Below, piece by piece: positions 12,715 through 25,641 of a stretch of DNA of 64,000 nt. Source of the DNA: Mobula hypostoma (taxonomy: Eukaryota). A model generated the notes under the pieces. That model was not told the origin of the DNA, made no database searches, and saw only the letters and a program-made list of their open reading frames with translations. Where the stretch lies: contig NC_086097.1 of the NCBI RefSeq assembly GCF_963921235.1, positions 108,998,001 through 109,062,000 on the forward strand, given 5' to 3'. Both the position numbers and the translations under genes were made by a program. The number at the start of each line of letters is the position of its first letter. Position 1 is the stretch's first letter.

Positions 12715-14320
12715 AATTCGTGACAGTCAGTATGGTTTCATGTAAAGCATGTCATGTCTTACTGACTCGATCTTTTTTTTTTGAGGGGGTGGCAAAGTTG
12801 ATTGATGAAAGTAGAGCTGTGAATTTTGTCTACATGGATTTCAATAAGGTGTTTGACAAGATCCTACATGGAGGGCTCTCCTAGGAGATTGATATGCATG
12901 AGATCCAAGGTGACTTGGCCATTTGGATTCAGAGTTGCCTTCCTCATTGAAGGCAATGGGACTTATTCTATGTGACTTATGGTGTTCTGCAGGGATCTAT
13001 ACTGGGACCTTTCTGTTTCTGATACATGTAGCTGACTTGTACGAAAATGTGGATGGGTGGGTTAGTAAGTTTGTAGACGGTACAAAGATGAGTGGCATTG
13101 TAGACAATGGCAAAAAGATACAGTGGAATCTAGTTCTGCTGCAGATATGGGTGAAGGAATGGCAGACGGTTGAATACGACTAAGTGTTGGGTGTTGCACT
13201 TTGGGAGATCAAATGAAAATGGACAGCACACAGTCAATGGCAGGACCGATTACAGTGTTGATGTTACAGTCTTGGAGTCTAAGTCCAGAGCTCCTTGAAA
13301 GAAGCTGCACAAAATGACAGGGTAGTACACAAGGGTATGGCATCCTTGCAAATTACAAATAAGAGAAAATTTGCGGATGCTGGAAATCCAAGCAAGACAC
13401 ACAAAATGCTGGAGAAACTCAGCAGGAGGAACCAGAAAAGAGTACAGTTTTTTCCATAGATGCTGCCTGGCCTGTTGAGATCTTCTAGCGTTTTGCATGT
13501 TTTGATTTTATTAATCGAGGCACTGAGTTCAAGAATCAGGAAGTTAAGTTGCAGCTTTGTAAAACTCTAGATTATATCTGGAAAACTGCATTCATTTTGG
13601 GTTGTCCCATTATAAGAAGAATATGGAGGCTTTGGAGAGGGTGCAGAAGAGAATTACCAGGATGCTGCCTGCATTATAATTATGTGCTAAAAGGACAGGA
13701 TGGAAAGTCTTGTCTTATTTACTTTGGATTGGTGCAGACTGAGGGGAAGTCTGATTGAACTTTATAAGATTGAGGGATGCAGTTAGAGAAGTCAGCTGGT
13801 GGGGGGGGAGTGCGAGTTAATGCTTTTGCTGCTGCTTGTGCATAGGAGGGGAGGGGGATTTGTGTTTCCAATGTTTTCTGTCATTCATTCTTCTGGTTTT
13901 TTTTCCCTCTTTGTTTCGGGATGTCTGCGAAGATTATGAATTTCAGGCTGTATACTGTATACATTCTCTGATACGAAATTGAAGCATTTGATTTGGTATT
14001 TTTTCCAGGGTTGAACTGTCCAGTACTGGAGGGTATGTATTTAAGGTGAAAAAAGTAACTTCAGAGGAGATGCAGGGGGGAGTTTTTTTTACACCACGTG
14101 TCTTGGCTGCCTGGAATGTGCTGCCTTGGGTGTTGGTGGAGGCAAATATGAAGGAAAAATGCTTCAGATCGCATAGTTAGGCACGTAAGTATGCAGAGAA
14201 TGAGAGATATGGAATGGTGAAGACAGAAGAGACTAAATTAGTTAGGCTTCTATTCACTAGTATAATTAGTTCAGCAAGGCATTGTGGGTCAAAGGGCCTA
14301 GTGCTGTTACTGTCCTGTGC
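12715..14320 (+). mobile_element. Degraded CR1 RT-to-3' fragment, interrupted by small insertions
   Basis: SQYGF..VYMDFNKVFDK (~12725-12860), WVSKFVDGTK (ORF 12923-13183, degenerate FADD), CR1-type tail aagggcctagtgctgttactgt near 14290-14315. Confidence 0.85.
13355..13505. repeat. Inverted pair of Penelope terminal fragments inserted in CR1
   Basis: caaaatgctggagaaactcagcagg (13402-13426) versus cctgttgagatcttctagcgttttg (13471-13495), imperfect reverse complements. Confidence 0.6.
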
Positions 14321-14349
14321 AAGAAAGAAGATAATTTTTTAATAAAGAT

Positions 14350-15010
14350 CCCCCACCACAACAGAAGAGAATTTTCAAGCATGTCATTTCCTGTACTTCT
14401 CTCTTGCTCCTTCTTTCCCCACTAGCAAAGGAACAGGATTACTTTTGTTTGTGGTTTCTGCTTGAGCAGAGTCACGTTGAACCAAACATCCTTCATTGTT
14501 CCAGCCACCGTCAAAGTGATACCAAACACACCTTTCCCTTTGAGGCTCCTCAGTTTATTCTTCATTTGTATCTATGCTCAGTCCCCTTTTCATGGCATCT
14601 TCCCATGCAGCTGCTGGAGACTGAGAACTTACTCTTTTGCCACTTCTCACCATTGGGAGATTCAAGCATTCCTCCTAGGAGAAACAGTAATTCAGTTATA
14701 CTACTTGCAATTCAGGGACTGCAATGTGGTCTCCTCTCTTCTGGACAAATCCATAGCAGGTTGCACGATCCATGCTGAATTGCCTGTTTGTGATCTTAAT
14801 TGTCAATCTCACTGCCACTTTGGCCTACCTCTCTCTTTGATCTATTTTAAAGGACTCATCTGGAACAGGGTGAGTTCAAGGAATGGGATTCTTCAAGACT
14901 GATGAAGGGTCTCAGCTTAAAACATTAACTGATTATTGACCTCCACTGATGTTACCTGACTTACTGAGTTCCTCCAGTAACTTGTGTGCCTGTTGCTTCA
15001 GATAACCAGC
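14350..15010 (+). mobile_element. Highly decayed Penelope-like element 3' half
   Basis: IQGLQCGLLSSGQ resembles the GIY-YIG context IRCSRCGLLYIGE seen at ~59440-59490; CTGATGAagggtctc hammerhead remnant at 14899; terminal gatgttacctgacttactgagttcctccag. Confidence 0.55.
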
Positions 15011-15199
15011 CTTTCCAGTTATCTGAAGTTTCAAAGCTGACCTGTACAGATGAAGAGCTGTCAACTTACAATGTTAAATTTGTCCTCTTTGCATAGATTT
15101 TTGCAACATTTCCTGTTTATTTATGATTTTCTGAATTTCACAATATCAACCCTACTGTATCTGCTTTCCTTGAGTTCCCTCTATTTACATCACCTCCAG

Positions 15200-15700
15200 A
15201 CATTCCTATAGTGTGCCAAATAAGTTTGTATATAATGCTTCCAAATGTGAGGGAATCAAAGTTTTATGCAATTGTGCATGACGTAACCAACTTTTCTACT
15301 CAGTAACCTAACTGATGAAGGCAAGCATGTCATACACCTTATGGGTCATCATACCCACTTCTGTTGCCTCTTTTCAAATGTGGACTTGCACACCAAGATT
15401 TTCCTGTACATTAATGCTGTTATATAATTTCATCTTGCATTTGACCTTCCACATCATACTTGTTTGGAATAAGCTCCATCTACCATTTCTATGGCCAACT
15501 GATCTATATACCTTGACAACCTTCCCACTGTCTGCAGCTCATTTTCAAGAGGTCCAGTCGAAGGTCCTTGCAGAACACCACTGATCATAGACCTTCAGTC
15601 AGAAAACCACCACTCCACCATTCTCTTGTTTCCCATGAGGAAGATGATTGTACCTCATAGATCACATATGATTTAATATTTTGAACCAGTATAGACCTAC
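15200..15700 (-). mobile_element. Old CR1 RT-region fragment
   Basis: Degenerate similarity to the other minus-strand CR1 copies (actgatgaaggcaagcatg; cagaacaccactgatcatagaccttcagtcagaaaa). Confidence 0.5.
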
Positions 15701-16429
15701 ATCTAGGTACTTAAACGCCTGCATTCTACATGAGGTTTACCATATAATTTGAGATTGACATCACTGGATTAGATGGCTGTAATCTATTTGATGAAGAAGA
15801 TAATACAGCTAATTTAGGGAAGAAAAAAATGAGAAAACTATCAGGAAAAAAATAATTACCGAAGAAGAGACATCATTTTGTTTTGCATGGTTGATAAGAC
15901 TTATTGAATTATTTTATCCAATTTTACATGGAAAATTCTTCACTTGAAAGAGAGTTGTAATTACAAAAAGGTAATTAATGTCAGAAATTGAACATACCAT
16001 TGGAAAAATTTCTTCAGCTAATTACTTATGACTGTGGCAATCTATTTACAACTTTATGGTACATCACAATCGATTATCTTAATACGCAGATCCTCATCTG
16101 TTGTCTCAGTAATTTTGCATACTCACTTACTGGTAGATTAAAATAGAAAATAGAAATGCAACTTCTGTATGTGTACAAATTGCTTTAACATTAGGGCAAT
16201 ACTAACTATGCTCAAGATTAATTAATTAAATCGTATATTTGTGACCAGTGTAGAATAAATGTTAGACTTTCTCATCTGCGAACTTAAATCTTGCTACTCT
16301 CAAAAGCCTAGGCATGAATTGTGATTTTGGAGTTGTCCACCGTGTGTGACAATGTCAGAACCTGTGTGGGAGAGTTTTTAAAGTGGAAAAGCCATTGCAT
16401 TGGGGCAGTTTTTCTCTGTTGACTGCAGA

Positions 16430-16830
16430 AGTCCAACAAATAAGGGGTCTTCCTAGGCGCAGTGGATGACAGTGATGTCACCTGTGCCTTGCTATGCCCT
16501 TCACTCTGCACGGAGTGCTGTGGTACTACCTTCCTGATGGTTGAATCTCATTGTAGTTCTCATCTACTCATCCTGCTGGAGCGGACTTCACATGCTGGGA
16601 CGGACACGTCCCTAACGCACCAGGGTATAAGGTCACCAGTTACCCTCACCTGGTTTAGCCTGCCTGTCAAATTGGTGTAACTGGGGTGGCCGCTGTCACA
16701 TACAAACAGCTGCTTGGAGCTATAGGTCAGAGATCAGTGTCTAGTGGAGACCAAAGGTTAGTGAGCTGCCCCAGAATGGACATGACAAGGCCTACCCCTC
16801 CCTGAACACTCCATATATCCCCTTGGAGTT
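16430..16830 (-). mobile_element. RTE 5'UTR-derived non-autonomous element (same family as 6618-6950)
   Basis: Reverse complement ggcaggctaaaccaggtgagggtaac..gtcatccactgcgcctaggaagacccc is collinear with 6620-6842. Confidence 0.55.
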
Positions 16831-17489
16831 GTATACGGCAGTATTTCAGAGCTTTTAGTAACATGTCATCTTATCACATCCTTCATTTTAGAATTATTCA
16901 TGTCATTTCTCTGTTTTCGTGGATATTTTGAAGAAAAAGAATTTCAGGATGTATATTGTATGCATTTCTCTGACATTAAATGTACCTTTGAAACCTTTGA
17001 TTTAATTGATTGAAGAGCTGTGTGCTTCACTTGCTTAAAACAGGTTATGTGTTGAACAAAGGACTCAAACCTTCTCTTTGGCTGTTATATTTGATGCTTC
17101 CTGGAGGGGAGGAATTACAGCTCAAAACCCTTCCCACTACTAACATTTACGTTTAATGCAAGTTGAAGTCACTGCAGTGAGTGGAGTGATCATGAGAGCA
17201 GATGGCAAGGTAATGTTGGGTCTTTTCACTGTACTTGTGGCAGATGACACTGTCTTTGAATAATATGCGGGAAAGGACCAAATATAGATTTTTGAGAGAC
17301 AGCAAAATGAAATAACGGAAAACCACCAGAGGAAATTCTGTGGCTATGATCAATCATGTAAGAAAGCAATCAGGTCTGTGAAGTCCTACACAACTGCCAT
17401 TGGAGAAGAATGTTGTGATTGGCCATAGTAGAGGATGCAGAGATCAAGAAGGTCAAAAAGGAATGAACTTGTTTGTTACATCACATAGT

Positions 17490-17822
17490 TACCGGCAGCC
17501 CATTCCACGCACTCACCACTCTCTGCATAAAAAAACTTACCCTTGACATCTCCTCTGTACCTACTCCCCAGCACCTTAAACCTGTGCCTTCTTGTGGCAG
17601 CCATTTCAGCCCTGGGAAAAAGCCTCTGACTATCCACACGATCAATGTCTCTCATCATCTTATACACCTCTATCAGGTCACCTCTCATCCTCCATCGCTC
17701 CAAGGAGAAAAGCCGAGTTCACTCAACCTTTTTTCATAAGGCATGCTCCCCAATCCAGGCAACATCCTTGTAAATCTCCTCTGCACCCTTTCTATGGTTT
17801 CCACATCCTTCCTGTAGTGAGT
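17490..17822 (-). mobile_element. CR1 3' fragment
   Basis: ORF 17476-17703 RMRGDLIEVYKMMRDIDRVDSQRLFPRAEMAATRRHRFKV. Confidence 0.9.
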
Positions 17823-18179
17823 CAAAAAGACTAAAGTTTCCTTTGTCTCTTACACCTTGGTAATTTTTTTGATAAGCTTAACCCATGCAAGTTGTGTGGG
17901 TAGATTCTTTGTTGCACGTGCTGGAGAACACTGCTAGCGGACTGGATGAAGAGTACTGCACCAGAGAGAAAGAAGGAAAAAGAAGCTGGTGTAAATCAAT
18001 CATCAAATTACGTCATTATTGAAAGTAAGAATTTGGTGTAGCTTCCCCAAGAAAATACTGGCAGTTCTCTGTAGAACTACTGACAGTTTCTACAACATTT
18101 GGAAGAACTGGCAGGGTCAGGTGAATGAATATGATGGGTGTGATTGCCTGTATTTAATATATATTACAGCTAAGACCTA

Positions 18180-19075
18180 AACCCTAGATTAGTACATGGA
18201 ACTACACTGAGACCTGGCTGAGTGATGGGCATGACTGACAGTTCAGAGTTCCAGGATCCAGATTTTCCAGACATGAAAGAGAGGGGTATAATCGAGGTGA
18301 GGGGAATGTCACAGCAGCGCATCGGATATCCTGGAAGGCTCATTCGGTGAGGCAACATGGGCAGAACTCAGGAAAAAGAAAGGTGCAATCACTGTGATAG
18401 CTCTATGCTGTAGGACTCCTATTGGCCGGTGAAAGATAGAGGAACAGATATGTTGTCAGATTAAGGATAGAAGTAAAAGCAACAGGGTAGTTGTAATGGG
18501 TGTTTTTTGTTTCACCAATATTAACTCGGGACTCCCAATGTCGGAATCTTAGGTGGAGCAGAATTTGCTAGGTGCTTCCAGGAGGGCTTCTTGACACAGT
18601 ATGTAGCCATTTCAACCAGGAAAGTGGTTATACTAGACCGTGTGTTGGGAACTCAGTCTGGCAAGTGATTGAAATATTTTGGTGGGAGAGTGTTTTGGGA
18701 GCAGATAGTCAGGAATAAGGATTTTGGATCTTGTATCTTGGGGGAAAGTGGTAAATTGGGGAAGGTTCTAAATTAAGAAATGACTAATTACTAGCAGTAT
18801 CAGCAAGGAGCTGGTGAAAATAGATTGGGAGTAGCTGTTATTGGGCAACTTCAGTTCTGACATGTGGGAGATATTAGAAGGCCACCTGATCAGAATACAA
18901 GGCCAATGTGTTCCTGTGAGGAAGAAAGACAAGGTTGACAAGGTTCTGAAATTTTGGATGATGAGAGATATTGCAACTTCAGACTAAAAGCAAAAGGAAG
19001 CATATGTAAGGTTTAGGAGGCAGAAATTGGATGTAGTCTTTGAGGAATGTAAAGGAGGCAATAAAGAACTTAGTG
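18180..19075 (+). mobile_element. Degraded CR1 ORF2 5' (endonuclease) fragment
   Basis: Degenerate TETWL, VVVMG..FTNINS and F(Q)EGFLTQYV..TR..ILD motifs with many stops and indels. Confidence 0.6.
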
Positions 19076-19783
19076 ATTCAGATCTAGATGCATTTATTTA
19101 TTGCATACACATTGAAATGTACAGTGAGATGTGTCATTTGCATTAACAACCAACATAACCTAAGGATGTGCTGGGACAGCCCGCAAGTGTTGCCACCCAT
19201 TCTGGCGCCAACATAACATGTCCACAATGTTCATCACAGGCAGTCCTCCAACCTCAAGGCAAGCCACCTCTGGGCTTTCAGCCTCCAGTAGACTTGCCGA
19301 CTTGAAGATATTGGGCCTCTTATTTCCCTAGTGAACTTGCAGACTTGTGAACCCAGTGCTTCGGCCATTAAACCTTGATTTCCAGATCCACTGAATTCAG
19401 TCTTCAACCTTTGAGCTTTGACCTTTGGTACCAACCTCAGGACTCAGTGATGATGGGATTCGAACTCCAGATTTGCCAGTTTTCCAACTTTCTGACCTGG
19501 GGGTCACTTTCCCTTGTGGCTCCTGCCCGCACAGACCTCCAGTCTTGAGACCTGCCAAGCAGGGGTAGGGAGAGGTGTGGATGGGGTGCTTGTCAGCTTT
19601 TCATCTACAGTGCCTACTGGCTCAGCATCCAACCACAGATGACCTTCATCGACCATCTACATCACTGGCCTTCGAACACGAAACACTGTATGGAGGGCTA
19701 CATTCTGAGTCTAACCTCCCCCAACCCCTATTCTTGTACTAAACCCTAACCTGACCTCTGACGCCTCTCTCTGTCCCCAAAAC

Positions 19784-20526
19784 CAGGGGTCCCCAACCTT
19801 TTTTGCACCGCAGACCAGTTTAATATTGACAATATTCTTGCGGACTGGCCAACGGGTGGGGGGGGGAGCGAGGGTGGGTGTTCAGGTAACGTTAAACTCA
19901 CCTCAACATGTCTTTTACAGTTAAGGTTGCCAACTTTCTCACTCCCAAATAAGGGACAAAAGTAGCAGTCAAATCCCGGGACACCTTACCCCAGGAAAGA
20001 CTACCATGACCATGAAGCCTTGCGCGGGCACCTGTGTGCGCATGCGCGTACGTGCCGATTTTTTCCCCCACAAATCGGTTTTGCCTTCATCTTCCCAACT
20101 ATACTGTACATACAGTACATTATTTCTACTTTATATAGGCTGTGTATTTATCATATAATTCCTGCTTTTACTATATGTTAGTGTTATTTATTTTCGGTTT
20201 TATGTGTTATTTGGTATGATTTGGTAGGTTATTTTTTGGGTCTGGGAACACTCAAAAATTTTCCCATATAAATTAATGGTAATTGCTTCTTCGCTTCACG
20301 CCATTTCGGCATGAAACGTTTCATAGGACCACTCTACCTTAGTGGGGTAAATACGGGACAAGGGCGGTCCCGTATGGGACAAACCAATTTAGCCCAATAT
20401 ATGGGATGTCCCTATGTTCAACTTCAACAGTGGGTGACAAGGGATGAGGAAAGGTGCAGCTGACTCATATCGTTTCCTCACAGCCCGGTAGCACATGCTT
20501 TGCGACCTGGTGGTTGGGGAGCGCTG
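19784..20526. mobile_element. hAT (Charlie-like) MITE
   Basis: TIRs CAGGGGTCCCCAACC (19784) and GGTTGGGGAGCGCTG (20512-20526); 8-bp TSD cccaaaac (19776-19783) and cccagaac (20527-20534). Confidence 0.8.
19887..20414. mobile_element. Second hAT-type MITE (TAGGGTTGCCA-type ends) nested in the first
   Basis: taaggttgccaac near 19922, recurring (c/t/a)gggaca subterminal motifs, ends cccta at 20414; 8-bp flanks tgttcagg and tgttcaac (6/8). Confidence 0.45.
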
Positions 20527-20599
20527 CCCAGAACCATCCATATGAACTAATTCTGAGCCATGATCTTGACGGTCACCACAGCTTGGCACTATCTTGACT

Positions 20600-21690
20600 G
20601 GAAGCTTAGCTATAGATAATGGAGGGTGGTATTGGAGGAGTTTTATTCTGGATGGAAGTCTGTGGCTCTTGATGTTCTGTAAAGATCAGTGCCGATCCTT
20701 TGTGACATATATAAATCATCTGAATGAAAATGTAGATGGTCTGATTAGTAAGTCTGCAACAGACAAGAAAATTAACAGAATTGTGAATAGTGGGGAATGT
20801 TGTCAAAGGATCCTGTAGGATATAGACAAGTTGGGAATGTGGGAGATGAGATTTAAGATGAAAGAAATGTGTTGTGTTGCTCTGAGATCAAATATAAGAA
20901 GAAATTATGCACTAAGTGGCAGGACCTTTGGGAGCACTGACGTACATAGTTTGTGTACAGCATTGTATGGACTGTGTACATGTGGACTTGCAAGTTCATA
21001 GCTATCTGAATGTGACAACACAAGTAGATGCAGTGGTGAAGAAGACAAATGAAAAATGGGCTTTCTCAATCGGGGTGTTGAGTATAAAAACAGGGTAATT
21101 GCACTGCGGCTCTATAAACATGGGTTAGGCAACATCTGAGTATTGCGTGCAATTCTGGTTGCTCCATTACAAGAAGGATGTGGAGGCATTGGAGAGGATG
21201 CAGAAAAGGATGCTGCCTGCACTGGAGAGGATGCAGAAAAGGATGCTGCCTGCACTGGAGAGTATCAGCTATAAGCAGAGGTTGGAAAAACCTGGAGTGT
21301 TTTCTTTGGAAAGTCGGAGGTCGGGGGGGGGCGCGGGGGGAGGTGACCTGATATATTTATATAAAATTATGAGGCTCATTGATAGGGTAGATAGAACTCT
21401 TTTCCCAGTGTAGAGATGTAATTTACTAGAAGGCGTGGCTTTAGTGTGAGAGGGAGAATATAAAAGAGATTTGAGGCTGACACACAGTAAATGATAGATA
21501 TATGGAATAGGCTGCAAGGGGAGGTGATATAATAACAATGTTTAAGAGGCATTTAGACATGCAGGCAGGGAATAGAGGGATATAAATCATGTGCAGGCAG
21601 TTTGTATTCGTTTAAATGGCATGAAGGGTCAGTATAGACCCTCATCAGTAGCTGAACTGCCCGTTCTAATGCTGTACTGTACTACGTTCT
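20600..21690 (+). mobile_element. CR1 RT-to-3' fragment
   Basis: YINHLNENVDGLISKSATDKKI; EYCVQFWLLHYKKDVEALERMQKR..GDLIYLYKIMRLIDRVD. Confidence 0.85.
21186..21262 (+). repeat. 33-bp in-frame tandem duplication within CR1
   Basis: gca(t/c)tggagaggatgcagaaaaggatgctgcct x2.3, giving ALERMQKRMLP twice. Confidence 0.9.
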
Positions 21691-23864
21691 TTACTGTGGG
21701 ATAAAAGGCCTGTGACACCCAACTTTGTGCTGCATATCCTGGCAACGTGACATTGGTGAGGGTCTGGCTCGTGAACAACTGACACTGGAAGTGAGTAGAC
21801 TTGGTGGATCATGAAGTTTATGACAATGCTGGTTGGACAGAAGTGCTACCATTCTTGAGCTTAATGATCCAGCTGTTGTTCTGTTGGAACTATGCACAGC
21901 TGTACCCATGCCCTGCTTCAGGCAAAAATCCAAAGAAGCTATTTAACAGTATCAATTACTTGAAGATGAGTTGATTTATTTATAATGGTATCATTATGAT
22001 TCAAAACACATTTGATACTTTCTAGGATCATTTTCAATTTATAGTGAGTGGTGCATTACACTTTTAAGAGCGTCTAAACAATTTCTCCTAGTCATAGTAG
22101 ACCAGTAGATGTTCTCTTTGAATGCAACGAGATTGGAAGAATGACCAGATGACCCACAGAGCATAGCAAACAGATGAGGAGAAGGACTGAGAAAAAGGCT
22201 TTCAGTATGAGGCCTTGTTGATCCAGTATGTTTGGAGAATAATTCTCTGACCTGAATGACCTGTGCATGAGCTACTGGGACTTCAGTGACGGCCTTCTCA
22301 CTGATGAGTACAACCTGCTCCAATCACAGAGCATTTCCGATAACGACCAGTGTGACTGTCACTGTAACCAGGTGTCAAGCTTACATGCAGAGTGAGTTTA
22401 ATGGTTTTATGAAAGAAGTCATTCTTGTGATGGATATTCACTTTCCCGGACCCTAGAGGGTTATTGCTAAACCCATCTTTCTAGCACAGCTGCGTGAAAA
22501 GGTCACATTTGTTGGTGCTAAAGTTAATCCTTTAACCAATATTCTTTGCCCAGTTTATTGTTATAAACAAGAACCAGTCTGCAGTTCTTAATGTAAATTG
22601 CAAGCAGCATTCAGTTTGAAGTTGGAGGCACAGCTTTGCAAATGGTGTTACAGAATGTCAGCTGCCCGCCCACCACCTCTGCTTTGCACAGTGAAGTGGC
22701 CAGGAGACTTTGCATCTCCGTTGGCTAAACACAAGACACTGAACACATCAAACATGGATACAAATTGGGATGCTTGTGAACTCTGAGAGTCAGCCCTCAC
22801 AGCATTAATTGTGGATGTTTGGGATCTCTGTCACCAGAAACTTTTAAGAGCTTCTGCATGAGTAACAGGAAAGGTATCTGGAAAACATCATGTGCAGGTC
22901 ATGCTATTGAGTAGAAATTAGTATAAATAACAACCGGCATTGGAGATTGTTTGGAATGACAAGGAGAACTGTTGTGACTGTGCACAACTACACATATATT
23001 TATTTTCACTTTAAATTCAGCACGTCTTTCATTGTTGCTCACAGGGCCTTCGCCTTTCTTGTGCTGTTTAACTCTGCTGTTTCATCCCATAACTATTGGT
23101 GCAGATCGTGGTATTTTCTGACATTCAGGTTCATATTCATCACTACATATCGATTAAATGAAAGCACACATGCGGGAGATGTCTTTTACTGATGTATTCA
23201 CATTGCAGAGAGAGAGAGAGCAGACAATACGTAGTGCTAAGGGATGGGGGCCATTGCTCTAATTCATACATTATAAGAACGACAGGAAGATATGGCTGCA
23301 AAAAGAAGAACTAGAATTCATCCCTCAATTTTTGGTTTCTGTGACAGACGACTCATTTGCCTGCAACTCGTTGGAGTGTTCTTCTAGTTTGTAAGAATTA
23401 TACCTGTGTTTGGAAATCCTTTGCAGGTTGTAAATCTTTTGTAATACAGAAATTTTTTATAAATTAGTAATCAGTTGTGAATATTAAATGTGGGTTAAGA
23501 GCTAATTGTTAAAGTTTAAACGTGCATGATTAAAAATCAACTAACTGTACTTCAACTACTTCATTATCTAGTTGTATCTCCTCTTCAGTAGGGAGGGGTA
23601 CCCACCACTCATGCAGTGGGTGCTGGCAGTTAAACCCTGCCATAGAGGCTAGACACAGAAGGAAGCTAGTCCTGGAAGAGTAGGTGGAGACAGTTTCACC
23701 TCCATATAGTGAGGGTTCCGGGAGATATCAATGTTGGATAGAGCTTCAAATCTTATTTTGAGTTTTGGGCTTTGTGGACAGGGAACCCAATACTAAAACA
23801 CACTACTCAATGAGGCTGGACTGTATTATATTCTCTCACCATGTAATGGAAGCTCGTTTGTTAA

Positions 23865-24200
23865 GTGCCATGTTGTATATCATGGGCAATCATGGTCTTT
23901 CCATGATTATGATTATTCTTGGCAAATTTTTCTACAGAAGTAGTTTGCCATTGTCACCTGGCAGCGTCTTTACAAGACTCCAGCCATTATCAATGCTCTT
24001 CAGTGATTGTCTGCCTGCTGTCAGGGCTTGTGATATGTACCAGCTACTCATACTATCATCCCCCACCTGCTCCCATAGTTTCACGTGACTCTGACCGGCA
24101 GGCTAAGCAGGTTCTACACCTTTGCCAAGGGTGACCTGCAGGCTAGCGGAGGGGAGGAGCGCCTTACACCTGCTTTGGTTGAGACATATCTCTACCCATC
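23865..24200 (-). mobile_element. SINE-like element with RTE-type tail (same family as 25400-25641)
   Basis: Reverse complement matches 25400-25641: ggcagacaatc.ctgaagag.attgataatggctgg..caaactacttctg..tttgccaagaa..catgattgccca. Confidence 0.6.
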
Positions 24201-25399
24201 ACCATGCAATAGAGTAGAATAGCAATAATTGTGTTACTGCTAACATTGTGGGCATTCATGACTCTCTGTACATTGCTTTGTAATTACTACATGCCATCTT
24301 GAGAGGTATTAAAACTGAATGGACTCTCATTCTATTGATATCTTGGGTGTCTGTCTGGCCACAGGAATAAAATCAGCAATAGATTGCTTAGTTGTATAGC
24401 TTTGATTTTCTCAGCGGTCTGCTGTGAATCACAGTGAGAAGCAGAGGGTGGCTGTCGGACGATGTGCTTAATGAGACGACTCTAGTGTGAATCTGTGCTC
24501 ACATGGGCAGCATACATATGTGGAAGCAATGAACTTGCATGATATGTGATGAGCAAAATCATTGAAGTGTTGAATTGATATGTCTGCTGCCTGGAACAAA
24601 ATTTAGCTACGATTATGCACTCTTGATGTTATACACTTGCCATAAAGCAGCTGTAGAGATGATGTTGAAGCAGGTTCAGACCAAGAGGAAGGGAGGAAGA
24701 AAATCCAGCCAGGATGGTATCTTTGTGACACATTGACAATAGTAAACACAATCCTAATTACCCGTTTACTGGTCTTAATTTGCTACGTTACTGAGCAGCG
24801 CACCAACTGTATGGCTGTGATTTAAAATTAAAGGCCAAAGCAAAATAAACAAAGCAAATTTGTAAATCCAAGTATATAATGCCAGGTATAAATTTCAAGT
24901 AATTACTGTTGTGCATTCTTGTTGATGCAGTCTTCTGTGTGTATTTTGTTCTCCTATTGCTCCTGATGCCACCCCAGTGGTGGCCATAGTCCTGAGGAAG
25001 GCTGGCTTTAAGGAGAAGGATGACATGTGCTTGGATCTTGAATAGCTTGGCTTCATAGTCCCTCATCTCATTGTGTTGGCAGCAGTGAACAAATAATAGC
25101 AGGGTATTGGTAGAACAAAAACATTTGGAGGGTTAATACTGTCATCCTGAGAGCACACAGTGGGGTTTGTACCATATGGAACCTTTGTTGTTCCACTGGG
25201 CTATGCTCCAATAATCATAATAATTTGGTGAATGACCTACCACAAAAATAGTGATATCCCATAGCTCATTTGTCCCATTCACCAGTGACAGCCACATAGT
25301 GTGTGATACTTACTGACACATTTCCCTTTTGAAACTGGAGACAGCAGCAGCTGACTGGTGGGGAACACCACACAAATTTGGCAGCAACATTGGCCACTA

Positions 25400-25641
25400 A
25401 TTAGCACCCATTACTCTTGAGCAGCTGGTGCATATCACGAGTCCTAGTTCTGCCACTACTGACACCAGGCAGACAATCTCTGAAGAGTATTGATAATGGC
25501 TGGGGTCATCTGTCTTGTCATGACAAAGCCCAGAAAGAGGCAATAGCAAACTACTTCTGCTGAAAACTTTGCCAAGAACAAGAATGGTCAAAACCCATGA
25601 TTGCCCACGTCATACAACATGACACATAATGATGATAATGA
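25400..25641 (+). mobile_element. SINE-like element with (TGA)n-like tail
   Basis: Homologous to the reverse complement of 23865-24200; ends cataatgatgataatga. Confidence 0.6.
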
